From: a virus
Strand: one strand, 5' to 3'
Virus record (IMG/VR): IMGVR_UViG_3300044701_004608
Span: 1-64,000 of that record
Length of the DNA: 64,000 nucleotides
The position numbers were made by a program, and so were the translations under genes. The notes beneath the pieces are model-generated. The model did no database searches. It saw nothing but the letters and a program-made list of their open reading frames with translations, and was not told the origin of the DNA. Position 1 is the stretch's first letter, and each line of letters opens with the position of its first letter. Positions 9,255 through 18,847 of the stretch are shown piece by piece.

Positions 9255-9386
9255 TTATTCGTAAGGCTTTAGAAAATCATCGCCTTTGAAGTCTTCATCA
9301 AACTTGCTCCAGTCATACGTTGCTACTTTATAAATCCAATAAGCGTGTAGCCCAATGATCAGGAGAGCGAGAATTAAATTTGACAT
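9255..9386 (-). CDS. Small membrane protein (MSNLILALLIIGLHAYW, 43 aa)
   Basis: Hand-translated. Confidence 0.55.
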   Translation of the reverse strand: MSNLILALLIIGLHAYWIYKVATYDWSKFDEDFKGDDFLKPYE

Positions 9387-9393
9387 AATGTTA

Positions 9394-9609
9394 TTATAAA
9401 CTTTCTTGTTGCTTTACCTCGACTAGATCCACGATATGGACATAACCTTGTACTTTGACTTCGGGATCGTCGTCACAGATCAACCAGACATGCCCACCCA
9501 TCTCATCTTCGGGATGGTAGTGGCAGATGCGGAACACATGTCCGCGGTAAGCATCGTAATAGGGCTTGTAAGGTTCTTCGAAAACTCGGTCACAAAAACG
9601 GTATAGCAT
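9394..9609 (-). CDS. Hypothetical protein
   Basis: ORF track. Confidence 0.6.
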   Translation of the reverse strand: MLYRFCDRVFEEPYKPYYDAYRGHVFRICHYHPEDEMGGHVWLICDDDPEVKVQGYVHIVDLVEVKQQESL

Positions 9610-9648
9610 GGCTCTAAGTTTACAGACTTAGAGCCATGCTGTCAATGA

Positions 9649-11160
9649 CTAATTTCGGATGATGTAATCAAAAGCACCTAAAGCGGCATTAGCGCCCGAA
9701 CCCATGGAAATGATGATTTGCTTATACGGAACATTGGTACAATCTCCCGCGGCAAAAACACCTTCCATAGTAGTAGCGCCGTGTCCGTCGGTGATGATCT
9801 CACCGTAGCGAGTGCGATCCACTGCACCTTCCAACCAGTCAGTGTTGGGTACTAAACCGATCTGTACAAACACACCTTCTAAGGCCAAGTGCTGTTGGGT
9901 ATCAGTGTCACGTTCCACATAAGTGATACCCGTCACACGTTCGTCACCTTTGATCTCTCGGACTTGTACATTGGTGCGGACAGTGACATTAGGCAGACTC
10001 TTGAGTCGATCCTGTAGTACAGCGTCGGCCTTGAGTTTGGGCATAAATTCAAACACAGTGACATGACCTACGATACCTGCTAGGTCGATGGCTGCTTCTA
10101 CACCGGAATTACCACCACCTATGACAGCAACATGCTTGCCCTTGAATAGTGGTCCATCACAGTGTGGGCAGTAGGCCACGCCGCGATTCTTAAACTCCTC
10201 TTCGCCGGGAACGCCTAGGTTACGCCAGCGGGCACCAGTAGCGATGATCACTGTCTTTGATTTTAGCGTAGCACCTGATTCTAGTTCCACCTTGATCTGG
10301 CCGTTCTTCTCGATCTTTTTGGCACGCTGTAGGTTGAACACATCTACGTCGTACTCTTTGACATGCTCTTCTAACTGTGCCACGAGTTTAGGACCTTCTG
10401 TGTACTTGGTACCAATGAGGTTTTCGATGCCCATGGTGTCCATGACCTGTCCGCCAAAGCGTTCAGCTACGATGGCAGTACGGATGCCTTTGCGAGCCGC
10501 ATATACAGCAGCCGATGCTCCAGCAGGGCCACCACCTACTACAAGCACATCATATTCACGACCGTCGATGTCTGAAACATCTGCGGCTGATCCCAACTTG
10601 GCCAGGATCTCTTCGATGGTCATGCGGCCTGATCTAAACGATTCACCGTTGAGCCATACACTAGGCACAGCCATGATGTTGCGGTTGGTGGCTTCTTCTT
10701 GGAAAGCCGCACCGTCGATCATAGTATGAGTGATGCCAGGGTTCAGCACAGCCATGGTATTGAGTGCCTGGACTACATCGGGGCAGTTATGGCAAGTGAG
10801 ACTGATGTAAGTCTCGAAACGATACTCGCCACGCAGGGCTTTGATCTGTTCGATGACTTTGTCGTCGATCTTGGGTTTACGTCCGCTGACTTGTAACAAG
10901 GCCAAGATCAAACTAGTGAACTCGTGTCCAGTGGGCACACCTGCGAATGTGATGCGGTCTCCCACACGGAAACTAGGGGTGCGAGGCAGTTGGCCTGGCT
11001 CGATGGTGATCAAGTCTGTCATACCTGCGATCTCATGTAAGAGATCTAACATGGCTTGGCTAGTCTCGTCTAAGCCGGCACGCACCGTGATGGCAACAGG
11101 ACCCTCGAGCAGTTTGAGATACTGCTCGAGTTGGCTACGGATAGTCTGGTCCAATAGCAT
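9649..11160 (-). CDS. ahpF: Alkyl hydroperoxide reductase subunit F
   Basis: CHNC and CPHC redox centres; GGGPAG and GGGNSG nucleotide-binding motifs. Confidence 0.97.
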   Translation of the reverse strand: MLLDQTIRSQLEQYLKLLEGPVAITVRAGLDETSQAMLDLLHEIAGMTDLITIEPGQLPRTPSFRVGDRITFAGVPTGHEFTSLILALLQVSGRKPKIDDKVIEQIKALRGEYRFETYISLTCHNCPDVVQALNTMAVLNPGITHTMIDGAAFQEEATNRNIMAVPSVWLNGESFRSGRMTIEEILAKLGSAADVSDIDGREYDVLVVGGGPAGASAAVYAARKGIRTAIVAERFGGQVMDTMGIENLIGTKYTEGPKLVAQLEEHVKEYDVDVFNLQRAKKIEKNGQIKVELESGATLKSKTVIIATGARWRNLGVPGEEEFKNRGVAYCPHCDGPLFKGKHVAVIGGGNSGVEAAIDLAGIVGHVTVFEFMPKLKADAVLQDRLKSLPNVTVRTNVQVREIKGDERVTGITYVERDTDTQQHLALEGVFVQIGLVPNTDWLEGAVDRTRYGEIITDGHGATTMEGVFAAGDCTNVPYKQIIISMGSGANAALGAFDYIIRN

Positions 11161-11162
11161 AA

Positions 11163-11726
11163 TTAGATCTTACCTACGAGGTCAAGACTTGGTGTCAATG
11201 TTGCGGCACCTTCTTTCCACTTAGCAGGGCAGACTTGACCTGGGTTAGCGGCTGTGTATTGTGCGGCCTTTAGTTTACGTAGAGTTTCCTGTACGTCACG
11301 AGCGATCTCGTTTGAGTGTACTTCGGCTGTCTTGACGATACCGTCTGGGTTCACGACGAATGTGCCGCGGAGTGCGAGACCTTCGCTGTCGATGTGTACA
11401 CCAAAACCACGTGTCATTGTATGTGTGGGATCGCCTACGAGAGGAAACTTGGCCTTGCCAACAGCAGGCGATGTTTCGTGCCATACTTTGTGGCTGAAGT
11501 GTGTGTCAGTTGTGACGATGTAGACTTCGGCACCCATCTTCTGGAACTCGGCATAGTTATCAGCGGCGTCTTCGATCTCTGTTGGGCAGTTAAATGTAAA
11601 TGCCGCAGGCATGAAAATGAACACATTCCACTTGCCTTTGATCGACTCGCTAGAGACTTCCACGAACTTGCCATTATGGTAGGCTTGTGTTTTAAACTCG
11701 GGTACTGCTTGATTAATAATAGACAT
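11163..11726 (-). CDS. ahpC: Alkyl hydroperoxide reductase subunit C (peroxiredoxin)
   Basis: [23 protein letters not shown]. Confidence 0.97.
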   Translation of the reverse strand: MSIINQAVPEFKTQAYHNGKFVEVSSESIKGKWNVFIFMPAAFTFNCPTEIEDAADNYAEFQKMGAEVYIVTTDTHFSHKVWHETSPAVGKAKFPLVGDPTHTMTRGFGVHIDSEGLALRGTFVVNPDGIVKTAEVHSNEIARDVQETLRKLKAAQYTAANPGQVCPAKWKEGAATLTPSLDLVGKI

Positions 11727-11816
11727 ATCGGTTTTTCCTTTTTCGTTGAGGTAAAGATAACATACTTGGGCATTTCGATTTCCAAGATGTTTTGTTGCGT
11801 TGCGTTATTGTACAGA

Positions 11817-11892
11817 TATTTATAATAGAAATCAACTATTTTTCAGTCATTTTCCATTTTATTTTCCTATGGGACTAATAGCCTGCGCTAAT
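11817..11892 (-). promoter_or_regulatory. TATAAATA late box plus OxyR-like ATAG-N7-CTAT sites upstream of ahpC
   Basis: ATAG-N7-CTAT at 11825-11839; ATTT-N7-CTAT-N7-ATAG-N7-TAAT at 11856-11892. Confidence 0.65.
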
Positions 11893-11905
11893 ATCACAGC
11901 CAAAC

Positions 11906-11928
11906 AAAAAGGCACCCGAAGGTGCCTT
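11906..11928 (-). terminator. Intrinsic terminator with UUCG loop
   Basis: GGCACC-TTCG-GGTGCC-TTTTT. Confidence 0.85.
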
Positions 11929-11948
11929 CCTCCCTGCTCACAGGATCA

Positions 11949-12176
11949 TCAGGTTTGGCTGACGAAACGGTTGAGCTCTTCGGCTTTGGCCACGATGTCG
12001 TTGGCTGTAGGGAAGTCTGGAAGTGTGGGATAAGGCAAGGATCCACGATTGGCGTCTGTGAGTTTAGAATGGAATTCTTCTCTCAGTGCCTCCCGTTGTT
12101 GGAAGACCGGGGTCTGTAGGATTTCGTTTGCCAGTTTGAGAAGCTCGAGGCGGACCTCGTAGGGTGTTTTGCTCAT
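11949..12176 (-). CDS. Small phage protein (MSKTPYEVRLELLKLA)
   Basis: AAGGAG RBS; paralogous to 54341..54742. Confidence 0.85.
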   Translation of the reverse strand: MSKTPYEVRLELLKLANEILQTPVFQQREALREEFHSKLTDANRGSLPYPTLPDFPTANDIVAKAEELNRFVSQT

Positions 12177-12265
12177 GGTTTAACTCCTTTCTGTGTGTGT
12201 ATGTGTGTAAAACACGAGCGCGACTGTTGTCGCAATGATACTTATCCCACAGATCTTATACCCAT

Positions 12266-12297
12266 AAAAAAAGGCACCTATAGGGAAGGTGCCTTTT
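12266..12297. terminator. Intrinsic terminator
   Basis: AAAAAGGCACCT-N7-AGGTGCCTTTT. Confidence 0.75.
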
Positions 12298-12314
12298 GGT
12301 TGGAGCGAGTGCTG

Positions 12315-12653
12315 TTAAGCGGCTTCGCCTTGTGCGTCAGCGACGCGAGCTTTGATAGCATCCATCGAAGGCTTGGCCTTGACTTTGGTTGCCTTGGCTT
12401 TGACTACGCCGTTGTATTTGGCATCGGCGTTGTCGATGGCCTCTTTGAACTCTGCCTTAGAGTAGAGGTCAGTGGTTTTGAGATGCTTGACCAAGTCGCC
12501 TTTGGTCATACCAGCAGGCAGTTCAACAAGATTGATATCGCTATCAGTCTTGGCCAACACTTTGACACGGGTCATGTCAGTGGCGAAACGAACTTTGTAG
12601 ATGCCACCAGCAGATTTAGAAACACCACCAACTTTGAACAGTTTGTTAGTCAT
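12315..12653 (-). CDS. Basic phage protein with Lys/Ala-rich tail, possibly nucleic-acid binding
   Basis: AAGGAG RBS; promoter TTGACA-N17-TACAAT at 12718-12746. Confidence 0.8.
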   Translation of the reverse strand: MTNKLFKVGGVSKSAGGIYKVRFATDMTRVKVLAKTDSDINLVELPAGMTKGDLVKHLKTTDLYSKAEFKEAIDNADAKYNGVVKAKATKVKAKPSMDAIKARVADAQGEAA

Positions 12654-12775
12654 TTAAGACTCCTTTTGATTGATTGAAGTTTACACAAACACATGCCGTC
12701 ATTGACAGCATATCCATATTGTAGTTGAAATTGATTTTGGTGTCAACCACTTTTTGGATTCTTTATGCCCAAAAA

Positions 12776-12904
12776 TTACTGGGCGAGTTCCTTGCTCTTG
12801 GATTGGATAGTCTGTACGCCATTGTCAAGTAGTTTGGCGACGCCAGAAAACCCAATCGTACAGATCACGATACCTACGATGATACCGGCTACGAATCTAA
12901 TCAT
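12776..12904 (-). CDS. Small membrane protein (MIRFVAGIIVG, 42 aa)
   Basis: Hand-translated. Confidence 0.6.
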   Translation of the reverse strand: MIRFVAGIIVGIVICTIGFSGVAKLLDNGVQTIQSKSKELAQ

Positions 12905-12905
12905 T

Positions 12906-13046
12906 TTATTTCCCTACCTTTTGGAGAGAGTTGCCCACGCTCGAGACGTCTTGTCCGAGCCCATTCACGAAACCAGTCGCGGTGCCTTTTACGGTGCCAC
13001 AGGCCTGGAGAGCTACTGCGGCGAATACTACTACGAACCAACGCAT
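12906..13046 (-). CDS. Entericidin EcnA/B-like small lipoprotein (46 aa)
   Basis: Hand-translated MRWFVVVFAAVALQACGTVKG...GQDVSSVGNSL; lipobox LQAC; AGGAGG RBS. Confidence 0.6.
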   Translation of the reverse strand: MRWFVVVFAAVALQACGTVKGTATGFVNGLGQDVSSVGNSLQKVGK

Positions 13047-13082
13047 ATGACCTCCTTTTGATCTGTCAGCGTTACCATTATT

Positions 13083-13313
13083 TTAAAAGATTCTGGTTTT
13101 CTGGTCAACCGTTTGATCGATCTTTAGAAACTTGTATACGATCTGGGTCTTGATCATGTTTGGTACAGATTGGTATGGGAACTCGGCCTTAAAAGGACAC
13201 CCACTCACACCCCAGCTACCGTTTTCGAAAAAATCGCGAGCGATCTTGATGTGCTTCTTGTTCGAGATGTCAAAGGTCTCACGGACACGAGTTTTCAGGA
13301 CATTAGTTTTCAT
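13083..13313 (-). CDS. Hypothetical protein
   Basis: ORF with ATGA overlap. Confidence 0.75.
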   Translation of the reverse strand: MKTNVLKTRVRETFDISNKKHIKIARDFFENGSWGVSGCPFKAEFPYQSVPNMIKTQIVYKFLKIDQTVDQKTRIF

Positions 13314-13579
13314 TGAAACTCCAGCATATTGATGGGCACATTGTATCGAATGCTACCACAGCCCACGATGGCTTTCTTGATCTTCACACTTTCCACGACA
13401 CCAGTGACTCGGCTACCGTAACGGTCTTTAAAATAGACACGGACGCCGGGACGCAGGTCTTGCTTGACCTCGTGGGTCAATTGAGCACGGGCGAAAGTGA
13501 TGGCCTGAGCGATAGCGTTGAGTTCATTATTAGTGAAACCATTGTATTTGATCTCACGGATGATGTCTTCGGCTGTCAT
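13310..13579 (-). CDS. Hypothetical early protein, SH3-like C-terminus
   Basis: AGGAG RBS after early promoter. Confidence 0.8.
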   Translation of the reverse strand: MTAEDIIREIKYNGFTNNELNAIAQAITFARAQLTHEVKQDLRPGVRVYFKDRYGSRVTGVVESVKIKKAIVGCGSIRYNVPINMLEFQ

Positions 13580-13609
13580 GTTTACTCCTGTTTTTTACTG
13601 TATGTCAAT

Positions 13610-13638
13610 ATTGTACGAAAATGGGAATTTCGGGTCAA
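13610..13638 (-). promoter_or_regulatory. Early promoter TTGACC-N17-TACAAT
   Basis: Hexamers plus ATTCCCATTT spacer. Confidence 0.8.
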
Positions 13639-13713
13639 CCAGAATCTGTTGTAAAAAAGCCACAAAAAAACCCTTGATTTACAAGGGTTTTTAAGGGGAG
13701 TTTTTGGGGTCGT

Positions 13714-14490
13714 TTATTTCATTGCCACTTGCATATAACTCTTAAAGTTTTCTTTGCGATCCTGTAGTCCATTGAGACTTGGATTGATGGGCTTGGTCAC
13801 GTCCGTAACGTCGTGATAATTATCCACGTTTGGTTGTACACGATGTTTCCAGAACCAGACAGCGATCTGTGCAGCGATCTCTGGTTTCTCTGCGAGCTCA
13901 GGATGCTTCTCTAGTGGAAGATTCAATTCTTGACCGGCACGACGGTAATTGTCTCTACCAGTGAGTTGTATGTATCCGCGGCCTTTGTATCTAGCACCAT
14001 CGCCAGCATACTTGTTGCCTAAAGCACGAGCTTTCTTAGGAGCATGCTTTGGATCATACTTACGGAAATCTAGGCTACCGCCGATCTCGCGTAGTGTCTT
14101 GAAGTCCAGTGTTTCGTGGGCGCATTGTGCCATGAAGGCCGCGAGCTCTGTGCCTTTGATTCCTGAATCCTTGGCTGTCTTTAGCAAGACATACTCTAGT
14201 TTGTTTCCGGTAATGGGTTTGACGTCTACTTTTTTGGGTTTGGTCTGACCAGCTTTGGCCACCGAGGTCTTGGGTGCGGGTTGTGTGACAGGTTTGACAT
14301 CTTGCTTTGGAGCAGGTGCTGTCACTGCGGCCGCGGCCTGTGGTGCTTGCTTAGGAGAAGTCAGTGCTTGTTTAGCCATCAATGCCCCAGTTCCTGTGGC
14401 AGCGATAGTTCCAGCCATGGCTAGGTTGGCCAGTTGTTCTCTCCAACCTTCGTCTAACTGTTCTTCTATGATAAACTCTTGTGCTCGCAT
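13714..14490 (-). CDS. GH19 chitinase/lysozyme-like protein with MRAQEFIIE leader
   Basis: FMAQCAHET, YKGRGYIQLTG, AVWFW, INP..NGL.DR motifs. Confidence 0.9.
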   Translation of the reverse strand: MRAQEFIIEEQLDEGWREQLANLAMAGTIAATGTGALMAKQALTSPKQAPQAAAAVTAPAPKQDVKPVTQPAPKTSVAKAGQTKPKKVDVKPITGNKLEYVLLKTAKDSGIKGTELAAFMAQCAHETLDFKTLREIGGSLDFRKYDPKHAPKKARALGNKYAGDGARYKGRGYIQLTGRDNYRRAGQELNLPLEKHPELAEKPEIAAQIAVWFWKHRVQPNVDNYHDVTDVTKPINPSLNGLQDRKENFKSYMQVAMK

Positions 14491-14494
14491 ACTA

Positions 14495-15400
14495 TTACTT
14501 ATTCTTCCCAGCCTTCATATTAGCACACCAGTGATACATCTTGCCCTTTTCTCCACCGTACTTACGAGCCTTGGCTCTTAAATCAGTTACTGATCCGGCA
14601 CAACTAGCACCTGCACGTTTTACACGTCCAGGACGGCTTTTACCTTTGACCTTGCCATCAGCAAAGTTTTCTTCGATTGAACTTTGCTCGTAGAGTCGGT
14701 ATAATTTGTAAGTAGTGGAACCAGCAAAGTCTGATATGTCTGCTTCGTAGCCCATGGCACTGGCATAACGACGGACCAAACTTGTGTATAAATTTGATCT
14801 ACTGCCAGCCTTTTGTCCAGGCTCAACATCTTTGTTGGCACTGAAATATAATTGCTCGGGTTTTCTTTTTTCAATGAATTGTGCGATAGCCGCTAGTACT
14901 GTGGCAAACACACGCTGAGCATCGCCTGCGCCTGTGACTTCTTGACTGTTGTCGCGCCAAAACTCCACACTGTAAATGCCTTGGCCATTGTCATCATAAT
15001 CCTGGTTAAACATGATGCTCAAATTTGATCCATCAGGCAAGCGAGCCAGCGCATCTACACTTTCGTCGGCATCGCTCTTCGACCATTTGATAGGGTAAGG
15101 TTGATCCAAAGATTCCATAATACCAGTGGCACGACGTAGTCTTAAATCGTAGTCTACATCGCTTTCATAGTTGGCAATATAGTCAGCGTAATAGCGTTGG
15201 GCTTCCGCAGGTGTATTGGCTTCGAACTTGTGGACTATTTTAGTAGGGTGTTTGGCATGATATATTTCATAACCTTTGTTAAGTCTATCACGCACACGAG
15301 CCATGCGTTCTAATCTTGCGTCAACTTGACGGCCAGCACGACTTAGATAGCGTTCTAACTGTTCATCGCTGATTTCGTTGATAAATTCTTTTGCTCTCAT
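14495..15400 (-). CDS. Multidomain putative internal virion protein (MRAKEFINE)
   Basis: Shared leader; central domain similar to 15975..16418. Confidence 0.75.
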   Translation of the reverse strand: MRAKEFINEISDEQLERYLSRAGRQVDARLERMARVRDRLNKGYEIYHAKHPTKIVHKFEANTPAEAQRYYADYIANYESDVDYDLRLRRATGIMESLDQPYPIKWSKSDADESVDALARLPDGSNLSIMFNQDYDDNGQGIYSVEFWRDNSQEVTGAGDAQRVFATVLAAIAQFIEKRKPEQLYFSANKDVEPGQKAGSRSNLYTSLVRRYASAMGYEADISDFAGSTTYKLYRLYEQSSIEENFADGKVKGKSRPGRVKRAGASCAGSVTDLRAKARKYGGEKGKMYHWCANMKAGKNK

Positions 15401-15978
15401 AGGCTAAAAGGATCCAGTATGACGATGTGTCCATCGGCTCTTCGAGCTAGGTTCTCCACATTAGATAGGTCCAATGGTGCCCAACCTCCCAAAGCGGCCA
15501 CTAGTTCGTCGGTGGCCATAATCAACCCGGTTATTTCGTCGGGGTTTAGTCCTGCGGGTATTTTGTTTTTGTCTTGGAATTCGCCTACTCGATCTCTATC
15601 AATAGCTGACATCAATTTTTCGATGTAGTCTAAGATGTCATCGTCGTTGGATAGATAGTTTGGTAGATATTCCATTTCATACAAAAAATATGTTTCTCCG
15701 TCTACAGTGAATTCTCCAGAATTATATATCTTTGGATAGTAAGGATTGCGCTGGTTGCGGACAAAAAAGTCTACATATCTTTTTACTATGTCTTCTCTTT
15801 CGGATTCGCCGGTACCCAGTATTTTGACCACTGTTTGTCTAGGACTCAGGAAAGCCATTTGATCTCTCCCCTCGCCAATGAGTTTATATCCACGCTGTAT
15901 GAAATACTGTTGGATACGATCACTGACAGTGAGTTCGTCGGGGTAGTTGACTTCGCGAACAAATTCACTGGCTCTCAT
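15397..15978 (-). CDS. Protein kinase-like protein (MRASEFVRE)
   Basis: IGEG loop, VVKI, EMEYL hinge, DLSNVEN, ILDP; start trimmed to ATGA overlap. Confidence 0.7.
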   Translation of the reverse strand: MRASEFVREVNYPDELTVSDRIQQYFIQRGYKLIGEGRDQMAFLSPRQTVVKILGTGESEREDIVKRYVDFFVRNQRNPYYPKIYNSGEFTVDGETYFLYEMEYLPNYLSNDDDILDYIEKLMSAIDRDRVGEFQDKNKIPAGLNPDEITGLIMATDELVAALGGWAPLDLSNVENLARRADGHIVILDPFSL

Positions 15979-16418
15979 CGCTTGGGCTCCCAGACAAATA
16001 CAGTCATGTCTCCTGGTACGATCTCCAGTTGCCACCGATCGCCCAAGATGTCTTGGATCACTGGCACGAAATATCGCTTGTACAGCTCGATGCGGCTGGC
16101 ACCTTTGGCCGTGAATGTGACCTTAGGCGGTCGTGCTGATTTCATGTACTGGGGCAACTGTTCGCGGACGATCTTCAGCACTGTGCTGAGGATGCGTATC
16201 ACCGATCCACTGGCTTTTGTGGCCCGGGGTGGTGCTTCGTAGTTTTGATTCACTGTGAATGTGATCTGTAGACTGTCATTTATAGGGCTACGATCAAAGA
16301 AAACATCCACCCATTGGCCGTCTACTGTGGCATGGAACAGGCTACGCCGCCTGCGACGATTGGGTTCGTATTCGCTAGGCCGATCACCTATCTCTCGTAG
16401 GAACTCGCCGGCCCTCAT
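15975..16418 (-). CDS. Putative internal virion protein (MRAGEFLRE)
   Basis: Shared leader; ILSTV...FTAK..SRIELY matches VFATV...FSA...SRSNLY of 14495..15400. Confidence 0.75.
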   Translation of the reverse strand: MRAGEFLREIGDRPSEYEPNRRRRRSLFHATVDGQWVDVFFDRSPINDSLQITFTVNQNYEAPPRATKASGSVIRILSTVLKIVREQLPQYMKSARPPKVTFTAKGASRIELYKRYFVPVIQDILGDRWQLEIVPGDMTVFVWEPKR

Positions 16419-18847
16419 TACCTCATCTCCGGCACTACTTCGACTTCTTGTCCGGCTAACTCGGGGTGGTTGCGTCCTAACCAGCCAGCGGCAAATCTGT
16501 TAGCATCGTGCTGGCTGTTGCCTATGCCACCAAATCTGTGTAGCACACGGCCGTCAGCATTCTTGATCAGCCATTGGCCTGTCCACTCGCCCTGTGGTTG
16601 GGCGGCACGCTGTTGTTCACGTTCCTGATCTTGCTTATAATACATTTTTTCATCGTCAGTGGCCAGTCTAGCACGGGCATCCTCGTGCCCAAAGTCGCTG
16701 TCGATCATGGCGGCTGTCTGGATGGCTTGGGCTTGGCTACGGGCCGTGACGAACTTGTATTTGCTGTGTAGGTTCACACGCCACAGTTGCTCACCCACAT
16801 CTTTGGTGCTACGAGTCACACGCTTGGCCAACTCAGCACGACGGTTGATCTGTTTCTTTGGCTCTGTGGCCTGCGGATTCTCGACGTCGATTGGAACATC
16901 CTCGTCACCTTGCTTGGCACGCAACACAGTCTCGGCCCACTGGCGCTTGAGCTCTTCACCGGTGATATCACCTGCGGAATAGTTAGCGAACAGTTGCATG
17001 AAAGGATTGTTGGGGTCGTCTTTGGTCAAGACTTTGTAGAGTTTCTTAGCGTATTCTTTTCTATATAGATCGGGTCTGCCGGCTATGCTCATGGCATATG
17101 CTAATCTTAGCATAGTGTTTTCTAGTATGCCGTCGATCTCGCTTTCCTTAGAGAGATAATCGCCGCCGGGGCCGCGGAATTCGATATAGCCATCGTGCGG
17201 ATGGACGCTCATATACTTGTCGCCCAACACACCACGCTGTAATTCACGATCTGCGAGTTCGATGAGATTAGATTTCATCAGTTCCATCACACCCTCGATT
17301 TGCTTGGGGCCGGCGTTCCTCATGCTGGAGATCTTCTGCGTGAGTCTTTCATAGGCAGACTTGGTATAGTAGTTGCCGGAGCGGCCAAACTTTTCAAGTA
17401 GATCCTTATCGCCCATGAACAGGATCAGTTTGATGGGATCAACATCGCCACCTTTAAATGGCAACGAAACACCCATATGTATGCCCGTGGAACTATTAGT
17501 GTAGGCATCACCGGAACCATTGGCCCAGTCAATGACCTTCATCAGTTGTTCTATGGCTTCGGGTAACGGCATAGGTGGAGACACCACTTCTAGGCCGTAG
17601 TCTGTGCTGTCGTCGGGATCAAGGCTTGAGTCAGGTTCCAATACATACCATTCGCCACGACGGGTGCCGTGATAGCCACTGCTCACACGTACATCTAGAC
17701 CAGTTGCACGTTCAAGGCTATTTCCAATATCGTCCCAATCTCGGCTTCCGCCGTTGCCATCACCGCCACGATAGTAAGGCCAATCCACTTCATAGGAGTT
17801 AGAGACGTCACTCATCCAGCGATAGTTTTCAGCCAGCCAATCTTCTTCCGAGGCTTGGCTGTCACGGAAATCATCCCAGGACTCTTCTTCGGCCTGTTGA
17901 TACCACTCGCCTTGGCTTTCAAAATCACCAAGGCGATCAGTTTCAAAATTATCACGTGCTAGTTCTTCTACTGCTGTGTCTTCGGCGTCTTCGCCCAGTT
18001 CCTCTCGAGCACGATCCATGTATCCATCTTCGACATCGGGCCAGATATTGTCTTGTACCCAATCGTTGTACACATTCTCGTCCCAGTAGTCATTGTAGAA
18101 TGATTCTCTCTGCCAGTCCTGCCAATCTTCGTACATGCTATTGCGTAGTCGATTGGCAGCGTTGCGTCCTATGCCATCGCCACCTTGGAAAAAGTCGATC
18201 ACCGATTCGATGCTATAAGCACGCTCGTCAGTGTCGTAGTCGGGTTCATATTCTTCGTCATCGTCGCCGTTTTTGGTATCACGGAATATCAGCTCTGCTT
18301 CAAAGCCAGCACGAATGCCTTCGGCTTCAGGACTGTTAAGGAATCGTCGGAATGCCGATGGCGACATCTCTACTTCGTCTAGGATCTCTTCGTTAATGGC
18401 AAAGTCTCGGGTCGGCTTCGCGGTCTTGACTATCTTGTATCGGCTTTGTTCGTTGCCGAGCCCGGCTAGTTCGTCGCGAGCAGACTGCTCGTCGTCGTGT
18501 GTGCTCAATGTGTCACCGGATTCTCGATCACGGATGGCGAATCGTGTTTCCTGACTTTCTCCGATAGCCTTCTGTAGTGTGAGATAGTGGAAACGACCCA
18601 ATGGAAGTTGGAACTTGCGAGCGATCATCTCTAGGTCATTGAGTAGCTGGCGTGTGAGACGACTCTTGTTTTTTTGCTTGGCTAAAAGTTCAACGGCCTG
18701 TTGCATGGATTCCACGCTGTTGTTGCCAGTGACTCCCAAGATGTCATTCAAAGCATCACGGATGTCGGTATCTTTCTCGATGGGCTTGCCAGCCAAGGTG
18801 TAGTACTGTGCTTCGCGTAGTTTCTTGTTTATCTCACGGAACTTCAT
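16418..18847 (-). CDS. Putative amidoligase (COOH-NH2 ligase type 2) multidomain protein
   Basis: GFEAE, EPDSSL, GLEVVSPP, TNSSTGIH, KY, IEFR motifs. Confidence 0.75.
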   Translation of the reverse strand: MKFREINKKLREAQYYTLAGKPIEKDTDIRDALNDILGVTGNNSVESMQQAVELLAKQKNKSRLTRQLLNDLEMIARKFQLPLGRFHYLTLQKAIGESQETRFAIRDRESGDTLSTHDDEQSARDELAGLGNEQSRYKIVKTAKPTRDFAINEEILDEVEMSPSAFRRFLNSPEAEGIRAGFEAELIFRDTKNGDDDEEYEPDYDTDERAYSIESVIDFFQGGDGIGRNAANRLRNSMYEDWQDWQRESFYNDYWDENVYNDWVQDNIWPDVEDGYMDRAREELGEDAEDTAVEELARDNFETDRLGDFESQGEWYQQAEEESWDDFRDSQASEEDWLAENYRWMSDVSNSYEVDWPYYRGGDGNGGSRDWDDIGNSLERATGLDVRVSSGYHGTRRGEWYVLEPDSSLDPDDSTDYGLEVVSPPMPLPEAIEQLMKVIDWANGSGDAYTNSSTGIHMGVSLPFKGGDVDPIKLILFMGDKDLLEKFGRSGNYYTKSAYERLTQKISSMRNAGPKQIEGVMELMKSNLIELADRELQRGVLGDKYMSVHPHDGYIEFRGPGGDYLSKESEIDGILENTMLRLAYAMSIAGRPDLYRKEYAKKLYKVLTKDDPNNPFMQLFANYSAGDITGEELKRQWAETVLRAKQGDEDVPIDVENPQATEPKKQINRRAELAKRVTRSTKDVGEQLWRVNLHSKYKFVTARSQAQAIQTAAMIDSDFGHEDARARLATDDEKMYYKQDQEREQQRAAQPQGEWTGQWLIKNADGRVLHRFGGIGNSQHDANRFAAGWLGRNHPELAGQEVEVVPEMR

